Assembly: GCA_964270895.1 (NCBI GenBank)
Contig: OZ185443.1
Length of the DNA stretch: 64,000 nucleotides
From: Podarcis filfolensis
Lineage: Eukaryota
Strand: one strand, 5' to 3'
This document shows, one piece after another, positions 1 through 13,584 of the stretch. Each line of letters starts with the position of its first letter. The stretch's first letter is position 1. A model generated the notes under the pieces. It was not told the DNA's origin and made no database searches. It saw only the letters and a list, made by a program, of their open reading frames with translations. Position numbers and translations under genes: made by a program.

Positions 1-481
1 CAACTGAAGCCTGTTCTTAATTTGCACTGGTAGTGTGGGAGCTATTCCTTCCTATGCTGAAAAGCCTCATATCGTGTGAGATATGTCTGCTCCCCATGCC
101 AGTATTGCCCTTCCTGGAGACTGGGACAATGCTGGTACAGGAGAGAGCCACAGAATATACTCCTTTCTGGAGAATATACTCAGTCTGGAGCTGTTTATGT
201 TTCTTTGGAAACGTGGGAAGGGCCTATGCTGTGGTGGGGCCCGTGCCACCAATGTAATACTAGGAGGGCCCTCAAGAGAAGTAAATCTGAATACTGATTA
301 ACCTATCCTCTGGATAGATTCTGGATTCTTACAATAAAATGTGGGCATTCTTTCACCACTCAATACAGACACATACATCTTACTGCATAGTTGCTTACAA
401 GCTGATAAGAACCTAATAAATAAATCCCCATTACTTCAGTTCCTGAGTAGCATATTAGCATTGACCACTGAGTAAAGGATA

Positions 482-827
482 AGGTAAAGGGACCCCTGAC
501 CATTAGGTCCAGTTGTGACCGACTCTGGGGTTGCGGCGCTCATCTCGCTTTATTGGCCGAGGGAGCCGGTGTGCAGGTTCTGGGTCATGTGGCCAGCTGA
601 CTAAGCCGCTTCTGGCGAACCAGAGCAGCGCATGGAAACACCGTTTACCTTCCCGCCGGAGTGGTACCTATTTATCTACTTGCAGTTTGAAGTGCTTTCG
701 AACTGCTAGGTGGGCAGGAGCAGGGACCGAGCAACGGGAGCTCACCCCGTCGCAGGGATTCGAACCACCAACCTTCTGATTGGCAAGTCCTAGGCTCTGT
801 GGTTTAACCCACAGCGCCACCCACCTC
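482..827 (-). mobile_element. Full-length Sauria SINE (Squam1, lacertid type)
   Basis: tRNA-derived head on - with B box (ggattcgaacc 756-766 on +), BovB-type tail ending in ACCTT repeats, 14-bp TSD ctgagtaaaggata at 468-481 and 828-841. Confidence 0.93.
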
Positions 828-3800
828 CTGAGTAAAGGATAGCCTTCATCATTAAAATGTAGACTTGCCTAGCCTTTTTAGACGGCTGCAAAGACTGTCA
901 CAGTCTGGTATGCCCCTTCATCACTCCTCCTTTTTCTTTTTTTAAGGTAAAGGGGTTTTTTAAAGTACACCTACATGCATAAGGTACACACATCCTAAAT
1001 TAAGAGCTTGGCCAACTGCAGACTGCTTCACCATAAGGCTAGCTGTAAATAGAACAAGCACTGAAATTAACAGAGTTGTCAGAATGATAAATGAGGGACA
1101 GAGCTGGATAAGCTCACTCCATTCCAGATCTTTCCATTGACCCACTGTCACGGCAATCTCCAAGCAGGACTGAAAGTGTCTAATTCCCATTGACTTCAAT
1201 ATAGATTTTCCAGTGAGTAACCAGCAGGGTTATTGATGCTAGGAAAGGCCTAGATTTTGTGCCATCCCAGTGGAGTCGGTAGGGATTTAATGGCGTGTGT
1301 ACACAAAGGTGATGCATTTTATTTCACATGTCCAGGTAGAGATTTTCAGAAGGTAATTGAACTTGGCCACTACCTTTTCACACTTCTGTTCTGCTGACAA
1401 CTTGTTTCCCTTTCGAGAGATGTTGCCCCTTGATGGTCAGAAGGTGCATTAAACACTCCTGACTGCTCAGAGACCTGAATGTGCTTAAAATGTGGGAGTA
1501 GGTGTTAAATTCCCAGAGCCGCTGTCTGTCTGGAAAAAGTCACTTTTCTTGACAGTGCCCTGGAAAAGAGCTGGGGAGGAGAGAAACCTTTGAGATCGGT
1601 TGCTTTCCTTTCCTTTCCTTTCTTTTTCTTTTTGTGTGTGTGTGTGAAAAATGTCAAGCTTCAAAGTTAGCTGTGAAATTTGATCCCTAACTGACAACAG
1701 AAAGGGGGGAGGGGTGGAGTAGTGACTTTAGACATCTACCCTTGTCCTGCTCCTCTGCACTTTATGAACTAAGAAAAATCAAAAACAAGCCTTCAGCAAG
1801 GCTCCCTAGTGACCCCTTGTGTCATTTTGCCGATTGTACTTATTCCCACAGTCTCCGACAGTCACTGAACTGTGACACAGCATCAAGATCACGGGAATAA
1901 GGCATTTCCACACACACACACACACACCCTCATCAAAACAGTATCTCTAAAAGTATGTAGTATAGATGAATTTTTTAAAAATAGAAACCTTTTATTTTCA
2001 GAATAATATTTATTTTCCTTCATTTGTATCTTAGTTGCACTAGCAGGATGCAACCATATTGTGTAATGTTTTCTTTTGGTCCCAAATGGCTGGATAGAAG
2101 TGCTGTTTTTCTTTTCTCTCTCTTTTTTCACTCTTATTTTCTCAGCTTCTTTTAACAAGTACTAAACGGCCATTATGCTTTCTCAGTGCACATTGAGATT
2201 CATCTGCCAGCTCTAAACTGCCTCAGAGTGCTTCAGTTTTGCATGAGCACTAAACTGGGACTGGGAAGGATTACCCAGTGCTGAAGGGCTAGATCATTAG
2301 AAAAGGGCATGCAAATCCACTGAACCAGGGATGAGAGAGTGCACAGATTTTTCTTTGCGAAGTCTGAACTGCAGTTTATGTAAATCATTAACCTCTGGCA
2401 GGCCTTCCCCCCCTCCAAGCTTCCTTCCTTCCTTCCTTCCTTCTTTCCTCTTTTTCTTTCTCTGTCATTTACATGTGGAAATAGATGAAGCCACTCTGGG
2501 CTTTCTGTCAAGTGCAAGAATAACTGGTGCCATCACTCTTTGCCACATTTCTCAGCTTGGACCTGGCCTTCCCGTGCTCCTTTTCACTTGTACCAGTCCT
2601 TCAAAGCACTGCTAAGGGATCCCTGCATGTGACAATAAAGAGCTACTGAATGACAGGAAGCACAGAGCAGCACAGACAGCTTGTCACAAATGTATTTATG
2701 CTCATGAACCGGAGCCTATCTTATTTTAGAAATTATTTAACTCAAGTGTCACTGGAAAGGCATGGGGGCTAAGGCTATAATCCCACCGACAGTCACTTAC
2801 TAGGGAAGAAGCCCATCTGAAACAGTTGTTATTTTATCCAAGAGTATGTGCATGGGATTGCATTGTATGTGCCCAGGCCAGGCCATTGCCTGGACACCTA
2901 CAATGCAATATACAGGGTGTGTTTATATGATTTAAACTACAGCCAACCCTTTCCCAAAGGCTTGAGAAGGGTCGTGGTTAATGAAAAACAAAATTCAGAA
3001 TTAAGTGCAATTAAATCCAGTAGTTCTAAACAGAGCCAGTCTTGCCATTAGGCAAGGTGAGGTGGCCTCAGGCAAAAGAAAAGTGAACCATTAATTAGCA
3101 GAAAATTATTAGTTACTTAATATTATGCACATATCTAAAAACTGTGTGAGTGCAGCATTCTGCCAGAGGCATAAAACATAACAGTTGTTAATTCCCTCTT
3201 TAACAAGGCTGTACCAGATGTTGCTGGACAACAGCTCTCATTGACCTTGACCACTGGAAGTTGGAGTCAAACAACATCTGGAGCGCTAAAAAGTGCCCTT
3301 ACCCTACTCTATCAGATTAAGCATGGTTGACCTTTGAAAGATGCTCATGCTTCTGCTTTAGAAAAGTGTCCAAGGGACTATGAGCTCCATACTTACAGCA
3401 CTGACAAAAAGAACTATAATAAGCAGAGCCTTGCTTTAAGAACATGGTGCATGGATGGTATCATTTAAGGCACTTTGGAGATTCAGTTTGATTCTCACTT
3501 GTTCCAGTCCAGATAAGCGTCTCCATTTCACATCAGTCCCTTGGATATTGACAATGATCTGCCTAAACCTTGCATCGGTCACAGCTTACAAACTGACCTC
3601 GTTATAAGCTTACTTAAGGGACTAGATAAAATTCTACCGAAACAGTGGGGGGGGGAGAGAGCATATATTTAGAATTGCATATGGAGAACACTGCTGCATC
3701 AGAGAACAGCATCCTGTTTCTCACAGTGACTACTTGGGAACTTTCAGGAAGCTCATCAGAAGAGCTTGATTGAGGGCAGTAGACTCTCCCTACTATTCAC

Positions 3801-3967
3801 CACCACCACCACCACATCTGGTACTTCCACTTCTGGAGTTTCCATATAGCTTAGGGACAGGAAGCCTGGAGCCCTCCAGATGTTGTTGAGCTATAATTCC
3901 CATCACTCTGCCTGGGGCTGATGGGAACTGCAGTCCAACAATAGCTGACTCACCTGGTTTAGCTACT

Positions 3968-4232
3968 NNNNNNNNNNNNNNNNNNNNNNNNNNNNNNNNN
4001 NNNNNNNNNNNNNNNNNNNNNNNNNNNNNNNNNNNNNNNNNNNNNNNNNNNNNNNNNNNNNNNNNNNNNNNNNNNNNNNNNNNNNNNNNNNNNNNNNNNN
4101 NNNNNNNNNNNNNNNNNNNNNNNNNNNNNNNNNNNNNNNNNNNNNNNNNNNNNNNNNNNNNNNNNNNNNNNNNNNNNNNNNNNNNNNNNNNNNNNNNNNN
4201 NNNNNNNNNNNNNNNNNNNNNNNNNNNNNNNN
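3968..4232. other. Assembly gap (265 N)
   Basis: N run; right edge abuts an L2 3' tail. Confidence 1.
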
Positions 4233-4470
4233 TATACCACCCTTCATCAGAGGATTACAGGGCAGTTTACAATATAAAAACACAAAAATACATAGCATAG
4301 TAACAAACAAAAATCCCTCCCCAGGTTTAAAAGGCAGTATATTGTTTAATTAGTCAAAGGCCTGGGGAAAGAGGAATGATTTTACCTGGCACCTAAAAAT
4401 ATGTAAGGAAGGCGCCAGGTGAGTCTCCCTGGGGAGAGCATTTTACAAATGGGGAGCCACTGCAGTAATT
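4233..4470 (-). mobile_element. L2 LINE 3' fragment
   Basis: cagggcagtttacaatat...tgtttaattag.caaaggcctg...tt.cctggcacc is shared with the copy at about 51060-51255; typical squamate L2 3' end. Confidence 0.65.
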
Positions 4471-6104
4471 GCAGGTAGATCCATCCAAGGTAGTAGCCAT
4501 CTCTACATCCATTGGCCAAAAGGGATGAAGTAAAGGAAGATTATCAGAAGTGCTTGAAGCATTGTAATCAGGTTAACTTACCCTGCAAGATACACTACTT
4601 TCAAATGTATTACTTGTGCAAAACAGTTTTAAAATAAGACATCAGTTTTATATATGAAAGCATAGTTGCTCCAGTTTTGGGGTTGCTGTTGTTTTTTTAA
4701 AAAAAAAGATCAGGTTCTCAGCCTAAAGCAGAGTGAGAAAAAATTCTGCTAATTGGAACCTGATTGAAAAGTCTAAGCAAAGCCTTCAGGGCTTTGCCTT
4801 AAGCATCTGAGTTTTGAAGGGAAATGTATAAATATATCCCCATTGTACATAGCTCTATGATCATTTTACTGTTAACTGCCCATAAAACCTGGTATGTCAA
4901 ATATTTGTGTCAGAGGAAACTGCCCCAAGGTTATTATCTGATGTACCATTTGAAAGAAGTTTTTTTGCAATGTTCATCCACATATTGAATTCACTAATAA
5001 ACCATGCAGATATGTTGTGTATGAGGCATATATATACCTATATAAAATAATCACCTTCCAGATCAGATGCAGATAGCATTTTTCTTTTTCCTAACCAACA
5101 TCTCCTTCCCTCCCTCCTCTTTCTCTGTCTCTCTCTGGCATCTATTTATGTTTAACCTATTTATTAATTTTTGACTCGCAAACACTGCGGAGTATGTGCT
5201 TTGAAGTATTTGAACAGAAACACTCTATGGCTGCTTGAGGTCCATATTTGAGAATCCTGTAAACATTTCTTCGAAGAACAGGGATTAACTCTACTTAAAA
5301 TCAAAGGCATGTTTGTTTCCTGTATCTCTCTCTCACACACACTCACACTCACACTCACACACACACACTTGTTCAGGTCCTGCCATGGGAGCGGCTTCAC
5401 AAAAAGTATGTTGAGTAGTAAATCATAGAGATAGAATCATAGAGTTATAGCACTGTAGAGTTGCAAGGGATCCCATGGTTCATCCAGCCCAACCTCCTGC
5501 ATTGCAGGATAGTTGAACTAGTGGTATGTCAACGTTTCAAAAGCGTAATTCCCTTCTGAAAGAGGCTCCCATTTTTCCACTTCATTCTCAGGGTACTTCA
5601 GAATTTATTTAGATTTTGAAGGTTGTGGTTTCCACTTGATGTTCCCCAGCAATCTGCAGCCTCCCTGGCTGCTCATAGGCTTGCTGATCTGAAAAAAAGT
5701 CAATGTGAAACGTTACCTCACAATGTCTTTCCCTGAGCTCTAAGTGTGGGAAGCCCAGGAACTGCAGAGTTCAGAGCTGAGATGAACTGTAGAAAGAAAG
5801 GAAAGGCACCCACAAAAGCTCTGTGTCCACCACAAAAGATGAACACAACAAAAATTCCACACTTGACTCAGGAGAATTTCCCAGGGATTTTTTTCTTGCC
5901 TTTTTATTTTCTCACTTATTGATGGAGAGTGGTCAGGAAAAGGATATGGGAGAATTTTTTGACACCACACTAATTCTAACAGCTCAATCCTATACATGTA
6001 TGCTTAGAAGGAGGTCTTTCTGAGTTCAGTAGGGGTTTCTCCTGCATCCTCATAGGTTTGTTGTAGGTAGCCCTGTATCAGGAAGTTCTTTATGTTTGAC
6101 ATTT

Positions 6105-6205
6105 TGTTATGTTTGTATATGTGCTGGAAGCTGCCCAGAGTGGTTGGGGAAACCCAGCCAGATGGTCAGGGTATAAATAATAAAATTAGTAGTATTACTA
6201 GTAGT
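6105..6205 (+). mobile_element. L2-type 3' tail
   Basis: gctgcccagagtggttggggaaacccagccagatggtcagggtataaataataa plus TAG/TAA microsatellite; reverse complement of the tail at 23465-23555. Confidence 0.7.
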
Positions 6206-8089
6206 AGTGATAGATGAAATCTCTTTCACATCAGCTTGGAATTCAACTTTATAAAAATCAGAAAACAGCTGCTGCTGCTGCTGCTTTTTTCTGAAATAGA
6301 TACCCCATTTTGCTCCCATCCCATTGTCAAGAGCATGAGTCTTAATGCACCCCCCCCAACACTCTCTCAACTCTGAGTTCCAGGTTGGGTGAGTTTCCCA
6401 GAAGCCTCGAGGACGGCAAATAGGACAACCCTTTCCCTCACCACTGTTTCTCTGGTCTGCACACTTGTGCTTCAGACACATGTAAATCTGTTGGATGGCT
6501 TCTTGCACTGACCATAAAAGTATCCTCAGGGAAACTATACTCAACCTTCCTTGAAAAGCCACCACCTGACAAGGTCACAGAAGAATAAAGAACAGTTCCT
6601 TCCTCAGTTTTATCACAATCTTTAAGAAGAAGACAGAACTGGGGGGAGAGAGAAAGAAAAGACAAGGTAATAAAGCAGAATTAACAATGCAGTTGACTCC
6701 AACTGTCATGCTAGTTTTATATCTCACATTTAAAAACTGAATTTTCATTGGGGGGAAAGAAGCAAAGTAATTTAAGGATGGGGATTAAGGAAGAGGACGA
6801 GTATGGCAGGAAGGGAAGGTGTCAGAAGTGAAGATTTTTTGAGAGAGACAAATGTGGTAAGAACAAGAAATATGAGCACCATATGTACAGTGAACCAAAA
6901 GTTAGCATATATTATTTCGGTCCAGCACTCATCCCTAACACACATACATACAGTCAACAGTGCTTGATACCAATTTGGGCAGATGGGGTAGATTTCAGAG
7001 AGGCAAAGATTTCATTACAGACCTATAGTGGACCATTTCATGTAATTGCTTTGATAAACAGACCTGTTTAACTTCAGCCATAGAACTGCATCATCTGCTT
7101 TCCAAGACGTTCCCTTAGAGCAGTGTTCAGATGTTTTCCGAATGCAGACGATCAAGCAGAATGATTGTGCCTGCTAGCCCCATCTTGCCTGTTATATGCA
7201 TTGGGTCAGAAAACTTCTACATCTGTATAAACTGTCCTTGAATTGGTAAGGTCCTCAGTCATAAAGGTAAAGGTTATGTAAGGGCAGTTAAGTGCACATT
7301 TAGTTTTCCAAATGAATGTACAAAGGAGGCAGGACCAGGGAATGTGGGCAAGGTCTGGTGAGACAAGGGCAAGGTCTGGTGTATCTGAAGGGCATCAGGA
7401 TGTGGATAGCTGGTCTATTTACATGAACATGTTGGTGCTGTCTTTTTCTTTCTCTCATACTCTTATTACTCTTAAGTATTCACCAGAACTTTGCCCAAGT
7501 GGGAGTGAATTAAGGGATTCCTCCTTTGGTGAGACATTCATGGAAAGCGGAGATGGCCTGAAGAGCTTTGACAGGACTAGTAATATTTCTCAGAGGGATT
7601 TTCACCAGACTCGATGCCAGCAGTCAGCAAAATCAGGCACTGGCTGAGATCACGGGGGCTTGGAAGAACCTTTCACTGTGACATCTTTTGCCACTGTCCC
7701 TGACTCCTGGCTGGCTATGTTGTACCTCCACTGTTGGAAACAGTAAGCCTCTGAATACTTGTTGAGAGGAGAGTTCTGTTTCACTCTGGTCCTGCTTGCT
7801 GGCTTCCCAAGCCTAGATCTGCTTTGCTTCAGGAAGACTGCTGGATCATGTGCCAATTTTGTGCCATGGATTTGCTTTGTGTCATGTCAAAAGTAACAAT
7901 ATGGTGCCTCTCAATATGTACAGAGATGAATTGCAGCTTACCCAACACATATATTAGGATGAGACTGGAGACAGGGTATGGTTTTTAGATTCTAAGGGTA
8001 TGGCTTCTCAAATCCCAGTATTTACCCTTTTCTTCATTTTATTAAAATGATGTAAGAAATATGGGGAATACCCTAACCATCACTCTTTC

Positions 8090-8425
8090 AGGTGCATTAG
8101 CAGCACCAAAGTGACCTTCGATGGTGTGCAAACCTGGGCAATATGTATGGGGTCCTGGGCTGCCCAGATGAAAAGACCCCCCCTCTCAGCCTCACTGATG
8201 TGGCCCAAAGGAAAGCAGAGCAATTTGTTTGGCACCAGCTTCACTGCAAGAATTGCCGGATAGAGGCATACATGGTGCCATCCAACTGCCTTAGGGACGC
8301 CACTCCAGATTTGTGTAGGGTTAACTCCTCGGTCATTTCTTCTCCCAAATATATCCCACAATTTCCCTTCTCATAGATGGGGTATCCTCCCAAATTGATG
8401 GGTTCTATCTGCCCCTCAATTCCCT
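8090..8425 (-). mobile_element. Decayed non-LTR retroelement 5' region (Vingi/RTE-like; family uncertain)
   Basis: Recognised as a recurrent lizard repeat (aaaggaaagcagagcaat..tttggcaccagctt...actccagatttgtgtagggtt); no TSD found. Confidence 0.4.
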
Positions 8426-10795
8426 CTACAGCATGTGCAGAAAATGCCTTCTTGACCACTGGACCCACTGTTGGTCTTGTCCGCTCAAATAATTATACAT
8501 AATTCTGTGGCTCAGGAAACTACCATATGTATAGTCAGAGCATTGTTCCTTCACTGAGTGGCAGAGAGTTGGTTTATTCCAGAGTGTCAGGTACAAGACT
8601 TTGTAGCTCTACCTGGAAATGTTTCAGATTGAATTTGCAAACCCTGTGCATGCAAAGCATGTGGTCTGCCACCACAGCCCTTCCTTTCCTATTGTGTCTT
8701 TTCTACTTTTGGAAAGTAAAGGTTTTCAAATTGGGGGAATGTGTGAATTCCCTCTCTGTCCCATGATGTTTTGACTTTATTTGTGCTCACCATGGAAAAA
8801 CAGCAGAAGCAGTACCATAAATGAGTGCAGAAGACATTTCATTACCAATTCTTAATTACTGGGATTTTATACTGTGCGCAGCACTTATTGTGCACTATGG
8901 GTCTCTGCAAACTCATGCAATTATTCCCCTACAATTAAGTTTGTTATGACATAACTTTAAATGGAAAGCACATGCTTCTGAGCCCTGGTGTTTGAATTTA
9001 TGCAAATATATTAATGTATGCAAATTTGCAATTTCCTGGATTTCTCTCAGAGGTTACTGGCAGTTATTCAGTTGTGGATTTTGGGTGTATAAATGGATGA
9101 GTGATGCTGATTCTTGTCTGCCAGGAACTAGATGAAACAATTAACTCATTTTAACTTCTTTTTTCACCATAGTGATCTCCTGGTGTGCAAGGACTGCTCA
9201 GTTTCATCACCCCTTCCCAGCAGGCCCTTTTTAATTGTTTATGACTATAGTCACTCAGCATGTTGAAGATATCAATGCTTCCAAGAAATAGAAATATGCC
9301 TGGAAACTTGGGCAGGATAGAGGGCAACTACCCCTCCCTTTGCTCCTGAAATAACAGCCGTGGTTTCGTCCTACAGTGGAGGCAAATGATATATTTTGGC
9401 AAACTGACCATCTGAAGCAACCGTCCTCCAACCTTGGACATGGTTTCAGCACTTACAAACTGGTTCTAATTATCAGGTGCAACAAAACGAAACAAGTCCT
9501 AAAACCGAGAAGCTAAAATGAATGGTATTTAATATAGGGCCACCACAAATGTACTCTTAGGGACTGAGAGTGCTTTTGACCTATTGGCCTCAACTGGTCA
9601 TATATTGTGGTGAAGTGGCAACACTACCTAGGTTTAACCATGGTTAACATTACTGTATTCTTCCAGACATAGGCTCAGATCCAAAGTAGAAGGAAGTTTA
9701 TGAAAGGGGATTTTCTTATCCCTTCCTCCTGCAGCCCTATGCAGCCCCATAAAGCCTCTCTGGAGGGCTGAGAGACCACCCTCTGTGATGCTAGATGGGG
9801 TGCAGAGAGCTGCTGTAGTAAAGGGAATTGATCAAAATTCAGACACAGCTTTCAGAAACCTTCTTCTGCTTGTGGTTCTCTGGATCCAAACCATTTACTT
9901 ATACATTTATGCTTAGGAAGAGGGAAATGAGGCATAATTTTGAATTAAATGTACTCGCCTTTGGTGCCTTTTAGAACATCTCAGCATACTGAAGCATAAA
10001 AGGACTTGCATTAACTTCTACAGCAAGGAATAGCAAACATTCAGATATTACACAGGTGTTCTCTTCCCTAAGTTAACATTCTCCATGTGCAGCATGTCTG
10101 TGATACAGCACCAGATGACCACAAAGAAAAGAAAATTAGCTATTCCATATGGTCTACAAAATCACATCATACACTCACACAATAAGTTCTGTGCCATCGC
10201 AGATGCTTTAACAGATTAAATTTTCTCTAACACACCTAGGAAGTGTTGTCATATTAGGGACTTCAACTGTATTAGCAAAGGCTAATAAGATTTAGCTTAG
10301 CTGACTTGATATAACACTGGAGAAATATATCATTTCCAGTTGCTGAAGCCGTACAGTTCCCTTTGTTATTTGGTCCAACAAGTAGTTTCTTTTACTTCCG
10401 AAAACTAATATTTCTGAAGCAAACCACCATTGCAAGGTTACCTTAACTGAATACATGTATAGCTAATAAATCATGATCATTTTCAAAAGCCAAGCTTGTG
10501 ATCTAAGCAGAGACAAGCTGGGACTTGTTTAAATATTATATATGTGTTTGCAAGGCGTATATATAATTAACATTTCCAGGTTTGCATGGCATCTTAAAAT
10601 ATTATCATACCATTTAAAGTCACACTCTTTAAAATGTATTCATGGCATTTTTAAATTTATTCGTGCCATTTGGAAAAACATCCCTTGATTACCTACATCT
10701 ATGAAGATGCATGCAGAGTTATAGAGAGGCAGTCCGTATGCCCATGCAATACTTCCAGAATCGTGTGTGCTAAGCAGTACTGGTGTGTCACAAGA

Positions 10796-11792
10796 TGTCA
10801 AGGACAGGCAAGAGTCCGAAGGGTGGGCAGAGGAAGCAGGAGACAGGAGGATGAACCAGGGGAAGAAGCCAGCGATTTGTGGGATACTGTGCCAACCATG
10901 AGGCAGGGGGAAGGCAGTCAGATGGGAGAAGAAGAGGTGGGTGAAGAATTGCAGTAAGGCACAGAGGTGGAAGAGGCAATCCTAGAGATAGTCACATCAT
11001 TAGAATCTCCTCTGTCCCCCCCCCCACTGTTTCCCAGGACAAGGAGGGACTTAAAGTGACACGAGCAGCTGGAGCTGATGTGCAGGAGAACTTGCCAGTT
11101 GCTTGCATGTGTCACATCAGAAGAGGGGTTTAAATGTGCTAATGGACGTGTTGTCTGTCCATACACCCATATAGAGCCCACGTCTTCAGCTCCTGCATGA
11201 GTTGGATGTCAGGAGCACCTTCACTGACCTTCCGATCACAGGAACGCAGGAACAGCAGAGCACAGCATTCCTCTGGAACAGGTCCTGGTGCAGTGGACTC
11301 ACATTTACTATTGTGAGAACCTCAATAGTAGCAGAGCAATGGAAGCAAAACAGTGGAGGTTTCGTTGCATACCTTAATCTTATTACTACTGGTTAAACAA
11401 AACATAAGAACATAACGGACATGCACGAGAGTGTCAGCTTTCTCATACTGCCACCTAGTCTCTAGACAGATCAAAGGAAAACCAGCACAGTGCTAGGGAC
11501 GGAAGTCTGGAAGAGTGGTTTCCACCCTCTCCTTTCTCTGATGCAGAAAGTAAAACAAACATGATCTGGTGATCTTTGCAATGGGTGGGATGAAAACACT
11601 GACATTGTCATGGCACTGCTACACCTGTCTGGGTCAGGTCTAGGAACAGGTCTGAAGAAGGAGATGCCTAGCAGGAGATGCCTTTTGCAGGAGTTGTGCA
11701 TGTGATTCTTCTACCTCAGGAGCTGGTGTGTGCTTTGCCAATAAAGACCTAAATTTACAATCACATGTCCTTGGATGGGTGTGCTCAGGACA
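10796..11792 (+). mobile_element. Solo LTR (997 bp), Gypsy/ERV-like
   Basis: TGTC...GACA ends, perfect 5-bp TSD CAAGA (10791-10795, 11793-11797), TTTAAA TATA-like motif near 11130, AATAAA 11740-11745; no PBS or internal sequence adjacent. Confidence 0.8.
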
Positions 11793-13137
11793 CAAGAGGA
11801 GGTTAAGAATGCCTTGAAATTTAAGCCCCCATCTTGAATGCAGCCACTATGCGATGACCACTCTTCTTCAGAGGTTACAAGAAAAATTAGCTCCCCTTTC
11901 TGCTAATATCTAGACAGTGAATCATAGAACTGAAGGGACTTCAATGGTCATCCAGCTCCTCTGCAAATGCAGTAAATCCATCAGGTGCATGTTGCAACAA
12001 ACCAAAGTAAAAGCAATACTGGGGCATTTAGGTTGTCACAGAAGTGATATTATTAAAGAAACATTTGTTTCTCAGCTTGAACAAACAATCAGCAACTGTA
12101 GCTCACATCAAATTAAAACGTTTCCAAACCTATTAGGCAAATATATGCTTGCATTTAGAAGAATGATCACTTCCCAACTGTTGCAGTTCATCAGACTGAT
12201 TTGGAGCCTACTGATGTCACTTTTTATATGCTACACTGCCAAGGCTAAACCTGTGAAAACAAGGAAAAAGGAAGCTTCAACCTAGAAACAACTGCACTTC
12301 AGAATTAAAGCAGATTTTAAAATGCATATTGTGTTTCCCCATATTGTAAACAGGGGAGGAGACATTACAAGGACCACTTCCTAGAGTGGAAATTGCTCAT
12401 GAACACACACAAAAAGGTGGAGAGAGTTGTGTCTGCAGTCCACTGTCCCTGCTCAGTTCAGTTATTGAAACCACAGCAGCTATATTGTCAGTCTTTTAAT
12501 TTCAAGGTGAAATGCTATTATGCATTTCCCCCAAAGTAGTTCATAATTTGATTGGCAAAATGTCAAGGATAATGAATCTTTTAAAAACAAAAACTGGCAT
12601 ACAACAGAGGCCCTAACAGTACAGTGCATCTCATTAAGTCCTCCCCTCCCACCAGATAACACTGGGCTACATTTATATGCTTCATTCCCTCTATTGTTAT
12701 AATATTGAAGGTGTTTTTGGCAGTGACTTTTTAAAAATTGAATTGGCATACAACGTAAGTGGCAGTATGCAAGTGTATGCAGACAGTAATTAATTGCCGA
12801 TTTTTTTCTGTGAAACTGGGAGCAAAAAATAAGGAGCATTCTTGGTTTTTGCTTGCCAGGACACACTGTGCAGTATAATTAAGGATATCTGCGCTATCTT
12901 TCTGAACTGCTAGGTCCTCAAAAGACTTTGACAAGCCCATGACACAAATGTACATATAATTTGAATATGCTAATTTGCATGCACATTTGATTCGGCTTTC
13001 AGAGGAGCAGAATATTTTTTTAAAAGTTGGGGGGAATGGGCCAAGAGACCTGGGACTCATTGTAATGGCTTTGGTCCCTGGGCCACTCTTTAAGAACACT
13101 CTGGCCACATACACACCATACGTTTGAAGCACATGGA

Positions 13138-13290
13138 TTGAATCATAGAGTAATAGAATTGTAAAGTTGGATAGGACTCCAAAAGACATCTAGTCCAACC
13201 CTCTGCAATGCAGGAATCTCAACTAAAGCATCCATGACAGATGACCATCCAACCTCTGCTTAAAAACCTCCAAGGAAGGAAAGTCCACCA
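13138..13290 (-). mobile_element. CR1 LINE 3' end
   Basis: (CATAGAAT)-like tail repeats followed by catctagtccaaccctctgcaatgcaggaat...ccaacctctgcttaaaaacctccaaggaagga; related tails at about 5420-5510 and 11915-11985. Confidence 0.8.
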
Positions 13291-13319
13291 TGATTCCCCT
13301 AAAGAATCATGGGAACCAC

Positions 13320-13584
13320 CAAAGGTGCCAAGACTGAGGAGGCCCATTGCATGCCATGTGAAGTTGCATCGTTTGGAAGAGAACGAGTGCAGAACCCAGC
13401 ACAGTGTGACTTCAATGGCCTGTAGCTCCTCCTCTTTGTTGCTCAGGAGGAGCTGACCACTGAAGCTGTGCTTCGCTTAGCTCTGCGCCTACTCTACCTC
13501 CTTATCATTGAGGCGGCTTGGCTCCTGGCCAACAGATATTGGGAAGGGCGAAGACAGCTCGGCCCCATAGAGTTGGCACCCCTG
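13320..13584. mobile_element. hAT-type non-autonomous element nested in an older short repeat
   Basis: Imperfect TIRs caaaggtgccaa / ttggcacccctg; 8-bp flanks ggaaccac (13312-13319) and ggaactgc (13585-13592), both derivable from ggaaccgc by CpG decay. Confidence 0.6.

Noticed and set aside
3959-4310. ORFs filled with X
   Set aside because: Artefacts of the N gap.
8330-8425. Possible HDV-like ribozyme at the 5' end of the RTE/Vingi-like relic
   Set aside because: I could not build the nested double-pseudoknot pairing; the copy is too decayed.
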